From NCBI GenBank assembly GCA_964057225.1, contig OZ059900.1:26536001-26600000 (forward strand): a DNA stretch of 64,000 nt, written 5' to 3'. Position numbers and translations under genes: made by a program. The notes beneath the pieces were generated by a model. The model saw only the letters and a program-made list of their open reading frames with translations. It was not told the DNA's origin and did not search any database. This stretch comes from Auanema rhodensis (lineage: Eukaryota > Animalia > Nematoda). Positions 1 through 15,600 of this stretch are shown here, in pieces; position 1 is the first letter of the stretch; every line of letters begins with the position of its first letter.

Positions 1-2372
1 CATGTAGTAAGAGAATATTCGGATCGCGGAAGTCTTTTAAATTTGCCCAGTAATCTATAGTATGATCAGTAATGTTCAAAATATGGACAGCTGACAGCAA
101 AAATTGATGATATCGAGCAATAACAGTCAGGTTCTGATATTCGTTGCTAACTGATTGATAGTGATACCAGTTATGAATATATCGTATGGTATTTCCGCCA
201 GACGTGACAGTATATCTAGCAAACGGTAGATCCAATATTTGAATAGGAGTTAACTTATATTCCATTTCTGAGCGAAATGACGCAATTAAGGATGAATTTG
301 TTGAACGTTTATAGCGTTGGCGTGAAGGATCCATTTGATTATCCAAATAACTTGTTAGATCCAGTAAAGAATATGCATGCGGATAATCAATAAACGAGAC
401 AAGAGTCTCAGTAGTGGATTCGAAAATTGGTGAAGAAAAACAAGATTGAGTTGTAGTAGATGCTGAGGTGTTGGCTAAGACAAGTGCTGTTTCTAGACTT
501 GATATTAGCAGTGTTTGATCTCCAAGTATTCCATACAGAGGTCCAATACGTGTGTATTGGCATGGTGCTCGGGGTGTGGGTGGTTTCCAAACTACTGAAC
601 CATCTCCAAATGTACAGCTTCCCATTTGAGCTTTACAGCCTTCGGCGTTGACAATTAAGTCAGATACAATAGTATTGTCCTTTAAATTTGTAATAACTCC
701 TCGCTCCATCACAAATTGAGTTAAGTTGGCGCATTGAGTAAAACTGAAGAAACGTTCCGGTTCATATACTGGCTTAGGAGCTTCATATGTAAGTGGATTA
801 GCGCTCAACAGTTTTTCATTTTTCCATTTCTTGTCTCGAGCAGCTATACGGCATTCTTCTACAGATACATATCCATTACCAATGATGGTGTCGTTGCTTT
901 CTCGGAACCAAAATTGATCCGTTACACATAATCGATAGATGCGTGTATAACACTTCCACGCTTCCCATGTTACGACGGTTTGTTTAGGAATGAACAATTC
1001 AACGTTAACTTGATGAGCTTGTTGAATTGCTTTCCGTTGGCATCCTGTTATCTCTGGTGGTGTCATCAGAATTCCTCCTTTATAAGCTAAACATAGTTGA
1101 TATGAAGCATTCACAGTGGGAAGCAGAAATGTGCAGATTATTGTTGTGAGCAGGAATGGTAATGCAATAGTATTTATATTGAATCGAGGTTTCCATCGTC
1201 TTTGATTGCCTTGATTCTCTCTTGGATAATTGTCGCGATTATTCCTGGCAAAGTTGTCTCGATTTTCTCTTTGATAATTGTTGCGAGGTTCTCTCGAATG
1301 GTGATTACTCTCCATTGAGTAGTTGTTTCCATAATTTTGTCGAGGGCCAGAGTTCCTGCTGAATTTATTTTTGAAATTCTTCCAAGGGTTTCTTGAATTG
1401 TTGCCATTGTTCCGTTCGAAATCTCGTGGCTGCTGATGGTTCCTTTGGTTCCTATTTTCCTTCATGGTGATCTTCTGAACTGCAGAGATCAACTCTTGCA
1501 TAGTTGAGTTTTCTTCATGCTGTTTTTTTATAGTTAGCACGAATTGCTTCTTCAAAACGTGCTGTCCTTTTTGCTTCCTCATAAGTCTTCGGATCTTTTC
1601 CTTGAACAATTATGCCTAAATCAGCGTTCAATCCATTTAAGAAAGCTGATCTTAATATGAGCTCTCTTTCTCGATCAGTTGGGCTCATAATACTGGAAGC
1701 CATTTCTTCCAAGTATGAGGCAAACTGAGTAACAGTTTTCTCTCCTTGCGTCGAGCGTAGCAACTTCGCGATCGTGAAATTCCTTTCCGTGGCAGGGCAA
1801 AGTAACTCTGCCAATTGTGAAACAAGGTCTTTCCAAGGTCCTCGTTCACGAATTTCGGAAGGAATCGAGTTATATGCAGAGATCGCAGAATCATTCTGCT
1901 GAAGCAGCAGAGGAAGAAGAAAAATTCTTTCAATTACCGAAAGTCCCGCAGCATTCGCGAATCGGTTAAATATATCGATGTACGATCGAAAGCTTCGGCT
2001 ACCATCGTATTTGGGGCAGTGTGGACTGCCTAGAACTTTTGTTAAGTTTTTGGTCAACTCTGGAGATGCCATTAAATTAGGCGTTTCCAGAGTTGAATCT
2101 CTGTTTGATTGCTCATGTGGTCTCATGTTGAGTAGGAGCTTCAGAGGTAGTTTTTCGCGCTGGGGAGTTTTTTCTTTTTTCGGTGTTACAGCCAAGTGTG
2201 TTGGCGTTTTTTCGTCGTCCGATGGACTTAAATCGTTGTCAAACGAGTCGTCACTATCGGGAAAAGGAAATCGAGAAATACGATTTCTCTTGTCTCTTAA
2301 TCTTTGAGAGGTACGGAAAGGCGTATCCGTATAATTATTCTTGGAGGTTGCCGTTTTGGAAAAGGAGGAAAG
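1..2372 (-). pseudogene. gag and env N-terminal region of copy 1, broken by a +1 homopolymer indel
   Basis: ORF 1515..2195 matches the Gag of the 2485-aa ORF but ends NYKKTA*. It has T7 at 1523-1529 versus T6 in copy 2. The frame is open upstream to 2372. The indel could be a sequencing error. Confidence 0.75.
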
Positions 2373-3187
2373 TCAGAACAATCTACAATGTAAAATAGTG
2401 GAATAAGTTAGTAAACAAGATAAGAATATGAATAGTTAATAGTGAATAAATTAGTGAATAACGTGAAAAAAAAAATCGAAGAAAAAAAAAGATATATAAT
2501 AATATGGGTTGAAGATTAATTAATTAATGAACTCATACAAAAACAAACTATAGAGAGGAAAAAAAAAAGATGTGAATATAATTAATTGTTAAGATGATGA
2601 TAGGATATGATTATGTGACAATGTGATTCATAAATTAGAGAAGTGAGTATGGCGGACAAATCAAAATCTCAATTGTTACTGAATAACAATGAATTACCAA
2701 ACGAGGCATCTTTCAAATTCCAAAGTCTTTGTTTCAACTTGAATCAACAATCAAAAAATTATGAGAGGAAGGTTTAAATTCAAATATGACAAATGATACA
2801 GCGGATGTTATTTTCTTACAGTGGCCATTCTGTTAGTACAAACTTGTAATCTTTATCAAAAATATCGCAAATTGACTTTATTAAGGTCCAATTTTGCTTA
2901 TATCAAACAGCTTTTCCATTTCCAAAAAATATATATTTTTCGCCACAATGAAAAATCAAAAGTACAACTGCGCAGAAACAAAAAGAAATCGAAAAGTTGG
3001 CCAATTCAGTATCTCACCCTTGCGCAAAATATCAACCCTGTTTATTAAAAAAAATGAGTGAGACCCTTCGTACTGAATTGGAAAGAGAGGTGGTAGCCCA
3101 GGGAAATAGCTCAAAAAAATAAATTCTCTTTAACTGAATGATAATTCATAATTTAATCGAGTTCGAAAAATCGTAAAAAGATTCTAA

Positions 3188-3200
3188 GGTGGAACCTCCA
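3188..3200 (-). promoter_or_regulatory. Primer-binding site, tRNA-Gln
   Basis: TGGAGGTTCCACC lies directly inside the LTR and is complementary to the eukaryotic tRNA-Gln 3' end (...GGTGGAACCT-CCA). Confidence 0.85.
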
Positions 3201-3601
3201 TGTAATATCCTTATTTTGGATATTAATATTCCATGTTATTGACCCTTAGATTGATGTGTTGTAAAAGAAACAATAAGATTTGAGGAAGAGAGAAAGATTT
3301 ATTATAAATAAAAAACATTTAAACAATAAACAAATAAAGATAAAGATAAGTCCGCCAACTGAAGATTCAGTTGAATGGCAAGCTTATATAGCGAATGTTA
3401 TCAGCATTTTCCACGAAAGGTTATAAGTTGTCAATGACAATTATAACTATCTCAGAAAATGCTGAGGCTGCAAAATATAACTGATAACATAATACACTAA
3501 GACAAGAAACTAGAATTATAAAATATAAAATATAAAACACAGAATAAAGAAATACATAAAAATTATAGAAAGAATAAAGTAAAGAATTATAAAGTATAAC
3601 A
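3201..3601 (-). repeat. 5' LTR of copy 1 (401 bp)
   Basis: TGT...ACA termini. Differs from the LTRs at 37252 and 46233 by a few substitutions and a 2-bp indel. Confidence 0.95.
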
Positions 3602-6600
3602 AATTTTTCATAAAAATCGAACGAAATAGCAAGTTGAGCCGGCCGCAAAACATGATAAATGTGTTTCTGTGCTAACGAATTTTGTTTCATTGTTTTAATT
3701 GGCTACTTCTGAGTTGAATGAAATGTAGCACATTATTCTAGGACCAAAAATGAAAATTTTAGAATATTTAACTTTTCATAAAAATCGAACGAAATAGCAA
3801 GTTGAGCCCGCCGCAAAACATGATAAATGTGTTTCTGTGCTAACGAATTTTGTTTCATTGTTTTAATTGGCTAATTCTGAGTTGAATGAAATGTAGCACA
3901 TTATTCTAGGACCAAAAATGAAAATTTTAGAATATTCAATTTTTCATAAAAATCGAACGAAATAGCAAGTTGAGCCCGCCGCAAAACATGATAAATGTGT
4001 TTCTGTGCTAACGAATTTTGTTTCATTGTTTTAATTGGCTAATTCTGAGTTGAATGAAATGTAGCACATTATTCTAGGACCAAAAATGAAAATTTTAGAA
4101 TATTCAATTTTTCATAAAAATCGAACGAAATAGCAAGTTGAGCCCGCCGCAAAACATGATAAATGTGTTTCTGTGCTAACGAATTTTGTTTCAATTGTTT
4201 TAATTGACTAATTCTGAGTTGAATGAAATGTAGCACATTATTCTAGGACCAAAAATGAAAATTTTAGAATATTTAATTTTTCATAAAAATCGAACGAAAT
4301 AGCAAGTTGAGCCCGCCGCAAAACATGATAAATGTGTTTCTGTGCTAACGAATTTTGTTTCATTGTTTTAATTGACTAATTCTGAGTTGAATGAAATGTA
4401 GCACATTATTCTAGGACCAAAAATGAAAATTTTAGAATATTTAATTTTTCATAAAAATCGAACGAAATAGCAAGTTGAGCCCGCCGCAAAACATGATAAA
4501 TGTGTTTCTGTGCTAACGAATTTTGTTTCATTGTTTTAATTGACTAATTCTGAGTTGAATGAAATGTAGCACATTATTCTAGGACCAAAAATGAAAATTT
4601 TAGAATATTTAATTTTTCATAAAAATCGAACGAAATAGCAAGTTGAGCCCGCCGCAAAACATGATAAATGTGTTTCTGTGCTAACGAATTTTGTTTCATT
4701 GTTTTAATTGGCTAATTCTGAGTTGAATGAAATGTAGCACATTATTCTAGGACCAAAAATGAAAATTTTAGAATATTTAATTTTTCATAAAAATCGAACG
4801 AAATAGCAAGTTGAGCCCGCCGCAAAACATGATAAATGTGTTTCTGTGCTAACGAATTTTGTTTCATTGTTTTAATTGGCTAATTCTGAGTTGAATGAAA
4901 TGTAGCACATTATTCTAGGACCAAAAATGAAAATTTTAGAATATTTAATTTTTCATAAAAATCGAACGAAACAGCAAGTTGAGCCCGCCGCAAAACATGA
5001 TAAATGTGTTTCTGTGCTAACGAATTTTGTTTCAATGGTTTTAATTGACTAATTCTGAGTTGAATGAAATGTAGCACATTATTCTAGGACCAAAAATGAA
5101 AATTTTAGAATATTTAATTTTCATAAAAATCGAACGAAATAGCAAGTTGAGCCCGCCGCAAAACATGGTAAATGTGTTTCTGTGCTAACGAATTTTGTTT
5201 CATTGTTTTAATTGGCTAATTCTGAGTTGAATGAAATGTAGCACATTATTCTAGGACCAAAAATGAAAATTTTAGAATATTCAATTTTTCATAAAAATCG
5301 AACGAAATAGCAAGTTGAGCCCGCCGCAAAACATGATAAATGTGTTTCTATGCTAACGAATTTTGTTTCATTGTTTTAATTGGCTAATTCTGAGTTGAAT
5401 GAAATGTAGCACATTATTCTAGGACCAAAAATGAAAATTTTAGAATATTTAATTTTTCATAATAATCGAACGAAATAGCAAGTTGAGCCGGCCGCAAAAC
5501 ATGATAAATGTGTTTCTGTGCTAACGAATTTTGTTTCATTGTTTTAATTGGCTACTTCTGAGTTGAATGAAATGTAGCACATTTTTCTAGGACCAAAAAT
5601 GAAAATTTTAGAATATTTAATTTTTCATAAAAATCGAACGAAACAGCAAGTTGAGCCCGCCGCAAAACATGATAAATGTGTTTCTGTGCTAACGAATTTT
5701 GTTTCATTGTTTTAATTGGCTAATTCTGAGTTGAATGAAATGTAGCACATTATTCTAGGACCAAAAATGAAAATTTTAGAATATTTAATTTTTCATAAAA
5801 ATCGAACGAAACAGCAAGTTGAGCCCGCCGCAAAACATGATAAATGTGTTTCTGTGCTAACGAATTTTGTTTCATTGTTTTAATTGGCTAATTCTGAGTT
5901 GAATGAAATGTAGCACATTATTCTAGGACCAAAAATAAAAATTTTAGAATATTTAATTTTTCATAAAAATCGAACGAAATAGCAAGTTGAGCCCGCCGCA
6001 AAACATGATAAATGTGTTTCTGTGCTAACGAATTTTGTTTCATTGTTTTAATTGACTAATTCTGAGTTGAATGAAATGTAGCACATTATTCTAGGACCAA
6101 AAATGAAAATTTTAGAATATTTAATTTTTCATAAAAATCGAACGAAATAGCAAGTTGAGCCCGCCGCAAAACATGATAAATGTGTTTCTGTGCTAACGAA
6201 TTTTGTTTCATTGTTTTAATTGACTAATTCTGAGTTGAATGAAATGTAGCACATTATTCTAGGACCAAAAATGAAAATTTTAGAATATTTAATTTTTCAT
6301 AAAAATCGAACGAAATAGCAAGTTGAGCCCGCCGCAAAACATGATAAATGTGTTTCTGTGCTAACGAATTTTGTTTCATTGTTTTAATTGGCTAATTCTG
6401 AGTTGAATGAAATGTAGCACATTATTCTAGGACCAAAAATGAAAATTTTAGAATATTTAATTTTTCATAAAAATCGAACGAAATAGCAAGTTGAGCCCGC
6501 CGCAAAACATGATAAATGTGTTTCTGTGCTAACGAATTTTGTTTCATTGTTTTAATTGGCTAATTCTGAGTTGAATGAAATGTAGCACATTATTCTAGGA

Positions 6601-9600
6601 CCAAAAATGAAAATTTTAGAATATTTAATTTTTCATAAAAATCGAACGAAACAGCAAGTTGAGCCCGCCGCAAAACATGATAAATGTGTTTCTGTGCTAA
6701 CGAATTTTGTTTCAATGGTTTTAATTGACTAATTCTGAGTTGAATGAAATGTAGCACATTATTCTAGGACCAAAAATGAAAATTTTAGAATATTTAATTT
6801 TCATAAAAATCGAACGAAATAGCAAGTTGAGCCCGCCGCAAAACATGGTAAATGTGTTTCTGTGCTAACGAATTTTGTTTCATTGTTTTAATTGGCTAAT
6901 TCTGAGTTGAATGAAATGTAGCACATTATTCTAGGACCAAAAATGAAAATTTTAGAATATTCAATTTTTCATAAAAATCGAACGAAATAGCAAGTTGAGC
7001 CCGCCGCAAAACATGATAAATGTGTTTCTATGCTAACGAATTTTGTTTCATTGTTTTAATTGGCTAATTCTGAGTTGAATGAAATGTAGCACATTATTCT
7101 AGGACCAAAAATGAAAATTTTAGAATATTTAATTTTTCATAATAATCGAACGAAATAGCAAGTTGAGCCGGCCGCAAAACATGATAAATGTGTTTCTGTG
7201 CTAACGAATTTTGTTTCATTGTTTTAATTGGCTACTTCTGAGTTGAATGAAATGTAGCACATTTTTCTAGGACCAAAAATGAAAATTTTAGAATATTTAA
7301 TTTTTCATAAAAATCGAACGAAACAGCAAGTTGAGCCCGCCGCAAAACATGATAAATGTGTTTCTGTGCTAACGAATTTTGTTTCATTGTTTTAATTGGC
7401 TAATTCTGAGTTGAATGAAATGTAGCACATTATTCTAGGACCAAAAATGAAAATTTTAGAATATTTAATTTTTCATAAAAATCGAACGAAACAGCAAGTT
7501 GAGCCCGCCGCAAAACATGATAAATGTGTTTCTGTGCTAACGAATTTTGTTTCATTGTTTTAATTGGCTAATTCTGAGTTGAATGAAATGTAGCACATTA
7601 TTCTAGGACCAAAAATAAAAATTTTAGAATATTTAATTTTTCATAAAAATCGAACGAAACAGCAAGTTGAGCCCGCCGCAAAACATGATAAATGTGTTTC
7701 TGTGCTAACGAATTTTGTTTCATTGTTTTAATTGGCTAATTCTGAGTTGAATGAAATGTAGCACATTATTCTAGGACCAAAAATGAAAATTTTAGAATAT
7801 TTAATTTTTCATAAAAATCGAACGAAACAGCAAGTTGAGCCCGCCGCAAAACATGATAAATGTGTTTCTGTGCTAACGAATTTTGTTTCATTGTTTTAAT
7901 TGACTAATTCTGAGTTGAATGAAATGTAGCACATTATTCTAGGACCAAAAATGAAAATTTTAGAATATTTAATTTTTCATAAAAATCGAACGAAACAGCA
8001 AGTTGAGCCCGCCGCAAAACATGATAAATGTGTTTCTGTGCTAACGATTTTTGTTTCATTGTTTTAATTGGCTAATTCTGAGTTGAATGAAATGTAGCAC
8101 ATTATTCTAGGACCAAAAATAAAAATTTTAGAATATTTAATTTTTCATAAAAATCGAACGAAATAGCAAGTTGAGCCCGCCGCAAAACATGATAAATGTG
8201 TTTCTGTGCTAACGAATTTTGTTTCATTGTTTTAATTGGCTAATTCTGAGTTGAATGAAATGTAGCACATTTTTCTAGGACCAAAAATGAAAATTTTAGA
8301 ATATTTAATTTTTCATAAAAATCGAACGAAACAGCAAGTTGAGCCCGCCGCAAAACATGATAAATGTGTTTCTGTGCTAACGAATTTTGTTTCATTGTTT
8401 TAATTGACTAATTCTGAGTTGAATGAAATGTAGCACATTATTCTAGGACCAAAAATGAAAATTTTAGAATATTTAATTTTTCATAAAAATCGAACGAAAC
8501 AGCAAGTTGAGCCCGCCGCAAAACATGATAAATGTGTTTCTGTGCTAACGAATTTTGTTTCATTGTTTTAATTGGCTAATTCTGAGTTGAATGAAATGTA
8601 GCACATTTTTCTAGGACCAAAAATGAAAATTTTAGAATATTTAATTTTTCATAAAAATCGAACGAAACAGCAAGTTGAGCCCGCCGCAAAACATGATAAA
8701 TGTGTTTCTGTGCTAACGAATTTTGTTTCATTGTTTTAATTGACTAATTCTGAGTTGAATGAAATGTAGCACATTATTCTAGGACCAAAAATGAAAATTT
8801 TAGAATATTTAATTTTTCATAAAAATCGAACGAAACAGCAAGTTGAGCCCGCCGCAAAACATGATAAATGTGTTTCTGTGCTAACGATTTTTGTTTCATT
8901 GTTTTAATTGGCTAATTCTGAGTTGAATGAAATGTAGCACATTATTCTAGGACCAAAAATAAAAATTTTAGAATATTTAATTTTTCATAAAAATCGAACG
9001 AAATAGCAAGTTGAGCCCGCCGCAAAACATGATAAATGTGTTTCTGTGCTAACGAATTTTGTTTCATTGTTTTAATTGGCTAATTCTGAGTTGAATGAAA
9101 TGTAGCACATTATTCTAGGACCAAAAATGAAAATTTTAGAATATTTAATTTTTCATAATAATCGAACGAAACAGCAAGTTGAGCCCGCCGCAAAACATGA
9201 TAAATGTGTTTCTGTGCTAACGAATTTTGTTTCAATGGTTTTAATTGACTAATTCTGAGTTGAATGAAATGTAGCACATTATTCTAGGACCAAAAATGAA
9301 AATTTTAGAATATTTAATTTTCATAAAAATCGAACGAAATAGCAAGTTGAGCCCGCCGCAAAACATGGTAAATGTGTTTCTGTGCTAACGAATTTTGTTT
9401 CATTGTTTTAATTGGCTAATTCTGAGTTGAATGAAATGTAGCACATTATTCTAGGACCAAAAATGAAAATTTTAGAATATTCAATTTTTCATAAAAATCG
9501 AACGAAATAGCAAGTTGAGCCCGCCGCAAAACATGATAAATGTGTTTCTGTGCTAACGAATTTTGTTTCATTGTTTTAATTGACTAATTCTGAGTTGAAT

Positions 9601-12600
9601 GAAATGTAGCACATTATTCTAGGACCAAAAATGAAAATTTTAGAATATTTAATTTTTCATAAAAATCGAACGAAATAGCAAGTTGAGCCCGCCGCAAAAC
9701 ATGATAAATGTGTTTCTGTGCTAACGAATTTTGTTCCATTGTTTAAATTGGCTAATTCTGAGTTGAATGAAATGTAGCACATTATTCTAGGACCAAAAAT
9801 GAAAATTTTAGAATATTTAATTTTTCATAAAAATCGAACGAAATAGCAAGTTGAGCCCGCCGCAAAACATGATAAATGTGTTTCTGTGCTAACGAATTTT
9901 GTTCCATTGTTTAAATTGGCTAATTCTGAGTTGAATGAAATGTAGCACATTATTCTAGGATCAAAAATGAAAATTTTAGAATATTCAATTTTTCATAAAA
10001 ATCGAACGAAATAGCAAGTTGAGCCCGCCGCAAAACATGATAAATGTGTTTCTGTGCTAACGAATTTTGTTTCATTGTTTTAATTGGCTAATTCTGAGTT
10101 GAATGAAATGTAGCACATTTTTCTAGGACCAAAAATGAAAATTTTAGAATATTTAATTTTTCATAAAAATCGAACGAAACAGCAAGTTGAGCCCGCCGCA
10201 AAACATGATAAATGTGTTTCTGTGCTAACGAATTTTGTTTCATTGTTTTAATTGACTAATTCTGAGTTGAATGAAATGTAGCACATTATTCTAGGACCAA
10301 AAATGAAAATTTTAGAATATTTAATTTTTCATAAAAATCGAACGAAACAGCAAGTTGAGCCCGCCGCAAAACATGATAAATGTGTTTCTGTGCTAACGAT
10401 TTTTGTTTCATTGTTTTAATTGGCTAATTCTGAGTTGAATGAAATGTAGCACATTATTCTAGGACCAAAAATAAAAATTTTAGAATATTTAATTTTTCAT
10501 AAAAATCGAACGAAATAGCAAGTTGAGCCCGCCGCAAAACATGATAAATGTGTTTCTGTGCTAACGAATTTTGTTTCATTGTTTTAATTGGCTAATTCTG
10601 AGTTGAATGAAATGTAGCACATTATTCTAGGACCAAAAATGAAAATTTTAGAATATTTAATTTTTCATAATAATCGAACGAAACAGCAAGTTGAGCCCGC
10701 CGCAAAACATGATAAATGTGTTTCTGTGCTAACGAATTTTGTTTCAATGGTTTTAATTGACTAATTCTGAGTTGAATGAAATGTAGCACATTATTCTAGG
10801 ACCAAAAATGAAAATTTTAGAATATTTAATTTTCATAAAAATCGAACGAAATAGCAAGTTGAGCCCGCCGCAAAACATGGTAAATGTGTTTCTGTGCTAA
10901 CGAATTTTGTTTCATTGTTTTAATTGGCTAATTCTGAGTTGAATGAAATGTAGCACATTATTCTAGGACCAAAAATGAAAATTTTAGAATATTCAATTTT
11001 TCATAAAAATCGAACGAAATAGCAAGTTGAGCCCGCCGCAAAACATGATAAATGTGTTTCTGTGCTAACGAATTTTGTTTCATTGTTTTAATTGACTAAT
11101 TCTGAGTTGAATGAAATGTAGCACATTATTCTAGGACCAAAAATGAAAATTTTAGAATATTTAATTTTTCATAAAAATCGAACGAAATAGCAAGTTTAGC
11201 CCGCCGCAAAACATGATAAATGTGTTTCTGTGCTAACGAATTTTGTTTCATTGTTTTAATTGGCTAATTCTGAGTTGAATGAAATGTAGCACATTATTCT
11301 AGGACCAAAAATGAAAATTTTAGAATATTTAATTTTTCATAAAAATCGAACGAAATAGCAAGTTGAGCCCGCCGCAAAACATGATAAATGTGTTTCTGTG
11401 CTAACGAATTTTGTTTCATTGTTTTAATTGGCTAATTCTGAGTTGAATGAAATGTAGCACATTATTCTAGGACCAAAAATGAAAATTTTAGAATATTTAA
11501 TTTTTCATAAAAATCGAACGAAACAGCAAGTTGAGCCCGCCGCAAAACATGATAAATGTGTTTCTGTGCTAACGAATTTTGTTTCAATGGTTTTAATTGA
11601 CTAATTCTGAGTTGAATGAAATGTAGCACATTATTCTAGGACCAAAAATGAAAATTTTAGAATATTTAATTTTCATAAAAATCGAACGAAATAGCAAGTT
11701 GAGCCCGCCGCAAAACATGATAAATGTGTTTCTGTGCTAACGAATTTTGTTTCATTGTTTTAATTGACTAATTCTGAGTTGAATGAAATGTAGCACATTA
11801 TTCTAGGACCAAAAATGAAAATTTTAGAATATTTAATTTTTCATAAAAATCGAACGAAATAGCAAGTTTAGCCCGCCGCAAAACATGATAAATGTGTTTC
11901 TGTGCTAACGAATTTTGTTTCATTGTTTTAATTGGCTAATTCTGAGTTGAATGAAATGTAGCACATTATTCTAGGACCAAAAATGAAAATTTTAGAATAT
12001 TTAATTTTTCATAAAAATCGAACGAAATAGCAAGTTGAGCCCGCCGCAAAACATGATAAATGTGTTTCTGTGCTAACGAATTTTGTTTCATTGTTTTAAT
12101 TGGCTAATTCTGAGTTGAATGAAATGTAGCACATTATTCTAGGACCAAAAATGAAAATTTTAGAATATTTAATTTTTCATAAAAATCGAACGAAACAGCA
12201 AGTTGAGCCCGCCGCAAAACATGATAAATGTGTTTCTGTGCTAACGAATTTTGTTTCAATGGTTTTAATTGACTAATTCTGAGTTGAATGAAATGTAGCA
12301 CATTATTCTAGGACCAAAAATGAAAATTTTAGAATATTTAATTTTCATAAAAATCGAACGAAATAGCAAGTTGAGCCCGCCGCAAAACATGGTAAATGTG
12401 TTTCTGTGCTAACGAATTTTGTTTCATTGTTTTAATTGGCTAATTCTGAGTTGAATGAAATGTAGCACATTATTCTAGGACCAAAAATGAAAATTTTAGA
12501 ATATTCAATTTTTCATAAAAATCGAACGAAATAGCAAGTTGAGCCCGCCGCAAAACATGATAAATGTGTTTCTATGCTAACGAATTTTGTTTCATTGTTT

Positions 12601-15600
12601 TAATTGGCTAATTCTGAGTTGAATGAAATGTAGCACATTATTCTAGGACCAAAAATGAAAATTTTAGAATATTTAATTTTTCATAATAATCGAACGAAAT
12701 AGCAAGTTGAGCCGGCCGCAAAACATGATAAATGTGTTTCTGTGCTAACGAATTTTGTTTCATTGTTTTAATTGGCTACTTCTGAGTTGAATGAAATGTA
12801 GCACATTTTTCTAGGACCAAAAATGAAAATTTTAGAATATTTAATTTTTCATAAAAATCGAACGAAACAGCAAGTTGAGCCCGCCGCAAAACATGATAAA
12901 TGTGTTTCTGTGCTAACGAATTTTGTTTCATTGTTTTAATTGGCTAATTCTGAGTTGAATGAAATGTAGCACATTATTCTAGGACCAAAAATAAAAATTT
13001 TAGAATATTTAATTTTTCATAAAAATCGAACGAAACAGCAAGTTGAGCCCGCCGCAAAACATGATAAATGTGTTTCTGTGCTAACGAATTTTGTTTCAAT
13101 GGTTTTAATTGACTAATTCTGAGTTGAATGAAATGTAGCACATTATTCTAGGACCAAAAATGAAAATTTTAGAATATTTAATTTTCATAAAAATCGAACG
13201 AAATAGCAAGTTGAGCCCGCCGCAAAACATGGTAAATGTGTTTCTGTGCTAACGAATTTTGTTTCATTGTTTTAATTGGCTAATTCTGAGTTGAATGAAA
13301 TGTAGCACATTATTCTAGGACCAAAAATGAAAATTTTAGAATATTCAATTTTTCATAAAAATCGAACGAAATAGCAAGTTGAGCCCGCCGCAAAACATGA
13401 TAAATGTGTTTCTGTGCTAACGAATTTTGTTTCATTGTTTTAATTGACTAATTCTGAGTTGAATGAAATGTAGCACATTATTCTAGGACCAAAAATGAAA
13501 ATTTTAGAATATTTAATTTTTCATAAAAATCGAACGAAATAGCAAGTTTAGCCCGCCGCAAAACATGATAAATGTGTTTCTGTGCTAACGAATTTTGTTT
13601 CATTGTTTTAATTGGCTAATTCTGAGTTGAATGAAATGTAGCACATTATTCTAGGACCAAAAATGAAAATTTTAGAATATTTAATTTTTCATAAAAATCG
13701 AACGAAATAGCAAGTTGAGCCCGCCGCAAAACATGATAAATGTGTTTCTGTGCTAACGAATTTTGTTTCATTGTTTTAATTGGCTAATTCTGAGTTGAAT
13801 GAAATGTAGCACATTATTCTAGGACCAAAAATTGAAAATTTTAGAATATTTAATTTTTCATAAAAATCGAACGAAACAGCAAGTTGAGCCCGCCGCAAAA
13901 CATGATAAATGTGTTTCTGTGCTAACGAATTTTGTTTCAATGGTTTTAATTGACTAATTCTGAGTTGAATGAAATGTAGCACATTATTCTAGGACCAAAA
14001 ATGAAAATTTTAGAATATTTAATTTTCATAAAAATCGAACGAAATAGCAAGTTGAGCCCGCCGCAAAACATGGTAAATGTGTTTCTGTGCTAACGAATTT
14101 TGTTTCATTGTTTTAATTGGCTAATTCTGAGTTGAATGAAATGTAGCACATTATTCTAGGACCAAAAATGAAAATTTTAGAATATTCAATTTTTCATAAA
14201 AATCGAACGAAATAGCAAGTTGAGCCCGCCGCAAAACATGATAAATGTGTTTCTATGCTAACGAATTTTGTTTCATTGTTTTAATTGGCTAATTCTGAGT
14301 TGAATGAAATGTAGCACATTATTCTAGGACCAAAAATGAAAATTTTAGAATATTTAATTTTTCATAATAATCGAACGAAATAGCAAGTTGAGCCGGCCGC
14401 AAAACATGATAAATGTGTTTCTGTGCTAACGAATTTTGTTTCATTGTTTTAATTGGCTACTTCTGAGTTGAATGAAATGTAGCACATTTTTCTAGGACCA
14501 AAAATGAAAATTTTAGAATATTTAATTTTTCATAAAAATCGAACGAAACAGCAAGTTGAGCCCGCCGCAAAACATGATAAATGTGTTTCTGTGCTAACGA
14601 ATTTTGTTTCATTGTTTTAATTGGCTAATTCTGAGTTGAATGAAATGTAGCACATTATTCTAGGACCAAAAATGAAAATTTTAGAATATTTAATTTTTCA
14701 TAAAAATCGAACGAAACAGCAAGTTGAGCCCGCCGCAAAACATGATAAATGTGTTTCTGTGCTAACGAATTTTGTTTCATTGTTTTAATTGGCTAATTCT
14801 GAGTTGAATGAAATGTAGCACATTATTCTAGGACCAAAAATAAAAATTTTAGAATATTTAATTTTTCATAAAAATCGAACGAAACAGCAAGTTGAGCCCG
14901 CCGCAAAACATGATAAATGTGTTTCTGTGCTAACGAATTTTGTTTCATTGTTTTAATTGGCTAATTCTGAGTTGAATGAAATGTAGCACATTTTTCTAGG
15001 ACCAAAAATGAAAATTTTAGAATATTTAATTTTTCATAAAAATCGAACGAAATAGCAAGTTGAGCCCGCCGCAAAACATGATAAATGTGTTTCTGTGCTA
15101 ACGAATTTTGTTCCATTGTTTAAATTGGCTAATTCTGAGTTGAATGAAATGTAGCACATTATTCTAGGATCAAAAATGAAAATTTTAGAATATTCAATTT
15201 TTCATAAAAATCGAACGAAATAGCAAGTTGAGCCCGCCGCAAAACATGATAAATGTGTTTCTGTGCTAACGAATTTTGTTTCATTGTTTTAATTGGCTAA
15301 TTCTGAGTTGAATGAAATGTAGCACATTTTTCTAGGACCAAAAATGAAAATTTTAGAATATTTAATTTTTCATAAAAATCGAACGAAACAGCAAGTTGAG
15401 CCCGCCGCAAAACATGATAAATGTGTTTCTGTGCTAACGAATTTTGTTTCATTGTTTTAATTGACTAATTCTGAGTTGAATGAAATGTAGCACATTATTC
15501 TAGGACCAAAAATGAAAATTTTAGAATATTTAATTTTTCATAAAAATCGAACGAAACAGCAAGTTGAGCCCGCCGCAAAACATGATAAATGTGTTTCTGT

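Larger units (their letters stand above)
1..3601 (-). mobile_element. Ty3/Gypsy LTR retroelement (Gag-Env-Pol family), copy 1; 5' portion only, continues beyond the window start
   Basis: Near-identical to 43041-46631 (position 1 corresponds to 43041). Contains LTR, PBS, leader, gag and the start of env. Confidence 0.95.

Noticed and set aside
1515-1535. Programmed ribosomal frameshift at the Gag A-run
   Set aside because: Copy 2 is in frame here, and copy 1 would need a +1 shift. A homopolymer indel or sequencing error is simpler.
2649-3120. Antisense gene in the LTR element leader
   Set aside because: Short frames. The candidate splice leads to a stop after four codons, and the frames differ between the two copies.
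3158-3200. tRNA-Gln gene
   Set aside because: Only the 13-nt 3' end plus a loose cgagttcgaa match, with no cloverleaf. It is the PBS.
13776-13982. Satellite-derived ORFs (also 3421-3690)
   Set aside because: Chance frames created by a 1-bp indel or by the LTR/satellite junction.
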